NCBI RefSeq assembly: GCF_001194135.2
Contig: NC_068987.1
Location: 63,766,491-63,807,371, forward strand
DNA length: 40,881 nt
Source: Octopus bimaculoides
Taxonomy: Eukaryota
Direction: 5' to 3'
Below are positions 36,655 through 40,881 of this stretch, piece after piece; the first letter of the stretch is position 1, and every line of letters starts with the position of its first letter. The position numbers and the translations under genes were made by a program. The notes under the pieces were generated by a model that was given only the letters and a program-made list of their open reading frames with translations, did not search any database and had not been told where the DNA came from.

Positions 36655-37081
36655 GGCAATAACTAATGACCGAGACCTGTGGAAATATGCTGTGCGTGAG
36701 AAGACCCAGCCAGACAAGTGACACCATAACCCGTGGCTTTTACCAGGAGTGTGGCCAGCCCACCTATGCGTACCTTTCCTTCTTTGGACACAAAATCCTG
36801 CTTGCGAAGACCTGTTGAGGCAAGTGAAATTGAAATCGAAAATTGAACGAAATTCGTTGACTGGCACCCATGCCAACCTTCCTTCATTGGACACTAAACT
36901 CAGCTTGCGAAGACCTGTTGGGGCAAGTGAGATCGAAACTGAACCAAATTCGATGACTGGCACCCAGTGGAGTGCTATCAGCACCATTCGAGCGGGATCA
37001 CTGCCAGAGCAGCGGTCTCGATCTCGTGCCGGTGGTACGTAAAGAGCATCGTTTGAGCGCGATCGTTTCCAGCTTCGCCTT
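36655..37081 (+). mobile_element. RTE-like LINE 3' end, copy A (ORF terminus and 3' UTR with a 103-bp internal tandem repeat)
   Basis: Begins with NDRDLWKYAVREKT, resembling the DRxxWR terminus of RTE-clade ORFs. gcttgcgaagacctgttg repeats at 36800 and 36903. Clade assignment is inferred. Confidence 0.6.
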
Positions 37082-37494
37082 ACTGGCACTTGTGCCGGTG
37101 GNNNNNNNNNNGGCGAGTGCACTGGAATTGATATGGGAACATATGAAATATTGTGTAGGAAAATGCAGCGGATGAAGACTGATCAAATTTACGTTGACAA
37201 ACGTATTTGAAGAGTCAGAAACCGGTCCTGCATTATCCGATTCTGGGTTGTCCATTTATCGAATGTTCTTCCTAGGGGTAAGACAGATTTTTCATGTTTG
37301 TTGCACTCACACGTCTTTGCCATTATATACGCAGTGAAACTTTACAATAGCGTCGTATTTGTATCGACTGCTGTTTCCAGTAAATATTGGTGCCTTGTTG
37401 TACCACTCATCTGTATTTATATTTATACTTCTACCCTTATAGGGCTTTATTTTACTGGAAGGTAATACATTTGTATTACAATATTTTTTTCATT

Positions 37495-37530
<36 letters not shown>

Positions 37531-37531
<1 letters not shown>

Positions 37532-38230
37532 GCAATAACTAATGACCGAGACCTGTGGAAATATGCTGTGCGTGAGAAGACCCAGCCAGACAAGTGACAC
37601 CATAACCCGTGGCTTTTACCAGGAGTGTGGCCAGCCCACCTATGCGTACCTTTCCTTCTTTGGACACAAAATCCTGCTTGCGAAGACCTGTTGAGGCAAG
37701 TGAAATTGAAATCGAAAATTGAACGAAATTCGTTGACTGGCACCCATGCCAACCTTCCTTCATTGGACACTAAACTCAGCTTGCGAAGACCTGTTGGGGC
37801 AAGTGAGATCGAAACTGAACCAAATTCNNNNNNNNNNNNNNNNNNNNNNNNNNNNNNNNNNNNNNNNNNNNNNNNNNNNNNNNNNNNNNNNNNNNNNNNN
37901 NNNNNNNNNNNNNNNNNNNNNNNNNNNNNNNNNNNNNNNNNNNNNNNNNNNNNNNNNNNNNNNNNNNNNNNNNNNNNNNNNNNNNNNNNNNNNNNNNNNN
38001 NNNNNNNNNNNNNNNNNNNNNNNNNNNNNNNNNNNNNNNNNNNNNNNNNNNNNNNNNNNACGTAAAAAGCACCCACTACACTCTCGGAGTGGTTGGCGTT
38101 AGGAAGGGCATCCAGCTGTAGAAACTCTGCCAGATCAGATTGGAGTCTGGTGTAGTCATCCGCTTCGCCAGTCCCCAGTCAATTCGTCCAGCCCATGCTA
38201 GCATAGAAAACAGACGTTGAATGATGCTGC

Positions 38231-38294
<64 letters not shown>

Positions 38295-38295
38295 A
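37531..38295 (+). mobile_element. RTE-like LINE 3' end, copy B, with terminal part and (GCT)n(GAT)n tail
   Basis: 37531-37827 appears identical to 36655-36951. After the gap it reads cgtaaaaagcaccc...ggttggcgttaggaagggcatccagctgtagaaa...catgctagcatagaaaacagacgtt plus a (GAT)n tail. Confidence 0.7.
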
Positions 38296-39239
38296 AATGA
38301 ATGTACGTTACCTGTGTTATACTGTATTTTGTAGACTTTCCTATGTTAATTGAAGACGAGGCTCAGTCAATCACATGGATAGTATCGTTGGCAGTGACAC
38401 GTACCATGAAATTGAGGAGCTATCAAAGCTAATAAGTGACAGATTCCTGGTGTAACATTGAGACTATCATTTTAGTTGCGGCTGTTTGAAGAAAAAATAT
38501 GGACGTAACGCTTGAACCTATGTACGCCTATATTTGTATCCACACACGCATATCTAAATGGATAATTCTTATGCCATGTTTCGGTTCATGTGCTTTGTTT
38601 TTGAGATGAGAATTTGAAATGTTTCAATGGTGCAATGCTGGCAGTACATATTTGTGGCTGCGTACGGCTATGCAGGGTTACGAAATGTATGCACGTGTTT
38701 ATAATATTCTATTATGATTTGGTTAGCAACTATAGTTACATATGAAAAAGAAGGATTGTAATATCGATGCTTTCCGTTGCATTATAGGTAATGCTACTAA
38801 TGTTACTTGTGAAGCAGTTTGTATTTAGAGGGCCAGCGAATAGGAGTTACATTTGCAGTTTTGGGGGCTAGGTGTATTGTTTTGGCGTTCATATTTCATA
38901 CATGTTAGACGATAGTCATTATCTAATGACTTTTCGAAGTTGCTTCTTGTGGGATATGTTTTTAAGTTGCGCTTATTTATCATCTTATGATACTTACGGT
39001 TTGATTTGAAGTGTCTGGTAAACCACTGAAAATAGCTTGGACGCGGCATTTCAACACAAATCACAGACGTTGACCTAATTTTTACCCGTAGTCCTATATA
39101 AGTCTCATCTCCTCGACACTTCAGTGGACCAACATAAGCCTATGAAACCAATCTTTAATTTCCTACGGTTCATATACCTAATTTTAATGAAAATAAGTAC
39201 ATCAAAGCTTTCCCTACTTCTCTACTTCTCCACTATAAT

Positions 39240-39346
39240 GCTTCTTCTTCTTCTTCTTCTTCTTCTTCTTCTTCTTCTTCTTCTTCTTCTTCTTCTTCTT
39301 CTTCTTCTTCTTCTTCTTCTTCTTCTTCTTCTTCTTCTTCTTCTTC
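39240..39346. repeat. (CTT)n microsatellite
   Basis: Directly visible; runs into an N-gap. Confidence 0.99.
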
Positions 39347-39869
39347 NNNNNNNNNNNNNNNNNNNNNNNNNNNNNNNNNNNNNNNNNNNNNNNNNNNNNN
39401 NNNNNNNNNNNNNNNNNNNNNNNNNNNNNNNNNNNNNNNNNNNNNNNNNNNNNNNNNNNNNNNNNNNNNNNNNNNNNNNNNNNNNNNNNNNNNNNNNNNN
39501 NNNNNNNNNNNNNNNNNNNNNNNNNNNNNNNNNNNNNNNNNNNNNNNNNNNNNNNNNNNNNNNNNNNNNNNNNNNNNNNNNNNNNNNNNNNNNNNNNNNN
39601 NNNNNNNNNNNNNNNNNNNNNNNNNNNNNNNNNNNNNNNNNNNNNNNNNNNNNNNNNNNNNNNNNNNNNNNNNNNNNNNNNNNNNNNNNNNNNNNNNNNN
39701 NNNNNNNNNNNNNNNNNNNNNNNNNNNNNNNNNNNNNNNNNNNNNNNNNNNNNNNNNNNNNNNNNNNNNNNNNNNNNNNNNNNNNNNNNNNNNNNNNNNN
39801 NNNNNNNNNNNNNNNNNNNNNNNNNNNNNNNNNNNNNNNNNNNNNNNNNNNNNNNNNNNNNNNNNNNNA

Positions 39870-40203
39870 TCCGATCAACGGAACAGCCTGCTCGTCAAAT
39901 TAACGTGCAAGTGGCTGAGCACTCCACAGACATGTGTACCCTTAACGTAGTTCTCGGGGATATTGAGCGTGACACAGTGTGACAAGGCTGGCCCTTTGAA
40001 ATACAGGTACAACAGAAGCAGGAAGAAAGAGTCAAAGTTGTGGTGAAAGAGTACAGCAGGGTTCGCCACCAACCCCTGCCGGAGCCTCGTGGAGCTTTAG
40101 GTGTTTTCGCTCAATAAACACTCACAACGCCCGGTCTGGGAATCGAAACCGCGATCCTATGACTGCGAGTCCGTTGCTCTAACCACTGGGCGATTGCGCC
40201 TCC
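39870..40203 (-). mobile_element. tRNA-derived SINE family B, near full length, young
   Basis: Minus-strand head ggaggcgcaatcgcccagtggttagagcaacggactcgcagtcataggatcgcggtttcgattcccagacc (A and B boxes, tRNA-Arg-like). The 3' part matches 690-830. Confidence 0.9.
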
Positions 40204-40761
40204 GATAAGAGGTATATAGAATTAATAAACTGGTTGACCTCCTGCCTAAACTTCAAGTTAAATTGCAACTAAAAATGGAGAGATGATATATGTGCCTTAT
40301 GAAGACTGGCTCTAGGTAATGTTTCACTAGAGTTCGTAGACGTACAATAGAATAAAGGTACAAACAAGCAAACAACAGCTATCAGGTTAGGTTATAACAT
40401 TTTTATACATTGCTAGAACTTGAAAGTATAAATGAATGTTCAATGAAAAATAAAAGAATGAAAAGGAAAACTCTTTAAAATATTTTTTCCCACCGAAGAT
40501 GAAATAGACTGCAACTAAAATGCTGGTTGCAGACTGCTTGCAGGGAATTGCACCAAATGCAAATCTGTTCTCGAAACAGCTGTAAGGGAGTGCCTGCTCG
40601 TCTTCTTCATTCTCATCTAGCATTGGATTGTACTTATGATGAAATGCCTTAACCTACTGTCTAATGTCAACCATACGGACCTAACTTATAGCTGTCCCGG
40701 CAGAATACCAGCGTACATCACAAGTTTAACCGATCTTTTATTGATCCTGTAGCATTCATTT

Positions 40762-40762
<1 letters not shown>

Positions 40763-40827
<65 letters not shown>

Positions 40828-40829
40828 TA
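40763..40829. repeat. (CTA)n microsatellite
   Basis: Directly visible. Confidence 0.99.
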
Positions 40830-40881
40830 TACGTACATATATATATGTATGCATCTATATATCCACACACACACACATATA

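Noticed and set aside
38360-38456. Short frame MDSIVGSDTYHEIEELSKLISDRFLV
   Set aside because: Under 35 codons, with no convincing splice sites or homology.
40535-40590. GAAACAGCTGTAAG, the same stem III as the 12478 HHR
   Set aside because: No recognisable CUGANGA upstream; at best a heavily decayed remnant.

Overview
AT-rich eukaryotic (metazoan) draft-assembly sequence with about 30 N-gaps, most flanked by microsatellites. The repeat content looks like a coleoid cephalopod, most likely Octopus; this is inferred from SINE families I recognise from memory, not from a search. No complete protein-coding gene is supported, and nearly all ORF-track entries are microsatellite or N-gap artefacts. 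The window is a retroelement/DNA-transposon mosaic. It holds about 15 copies of one tRNA-derived SINE (all on +, two nested at the same site of an older copy), two other tRNA-SINE families and two different R4/Dong-type LINE 3' ends with restriction-like endonuclease domains. It also holds an RTE-like LINE 3' end, Penelope-like element (PLE) fragments (GIY-YIG endonuclease and RT), two mariner remnants and a TTAA-flanked MITE. The most notable unannotated signal is at least 7 minimal type I hammerhead ribozyme (HHR) motifs from several families. Two carry the compensatory U3:A8 core pair, two share an A6-to-U core change, and one lies behind a tRNA-like Pol III promoter (an Sm-alpha-like architecture).
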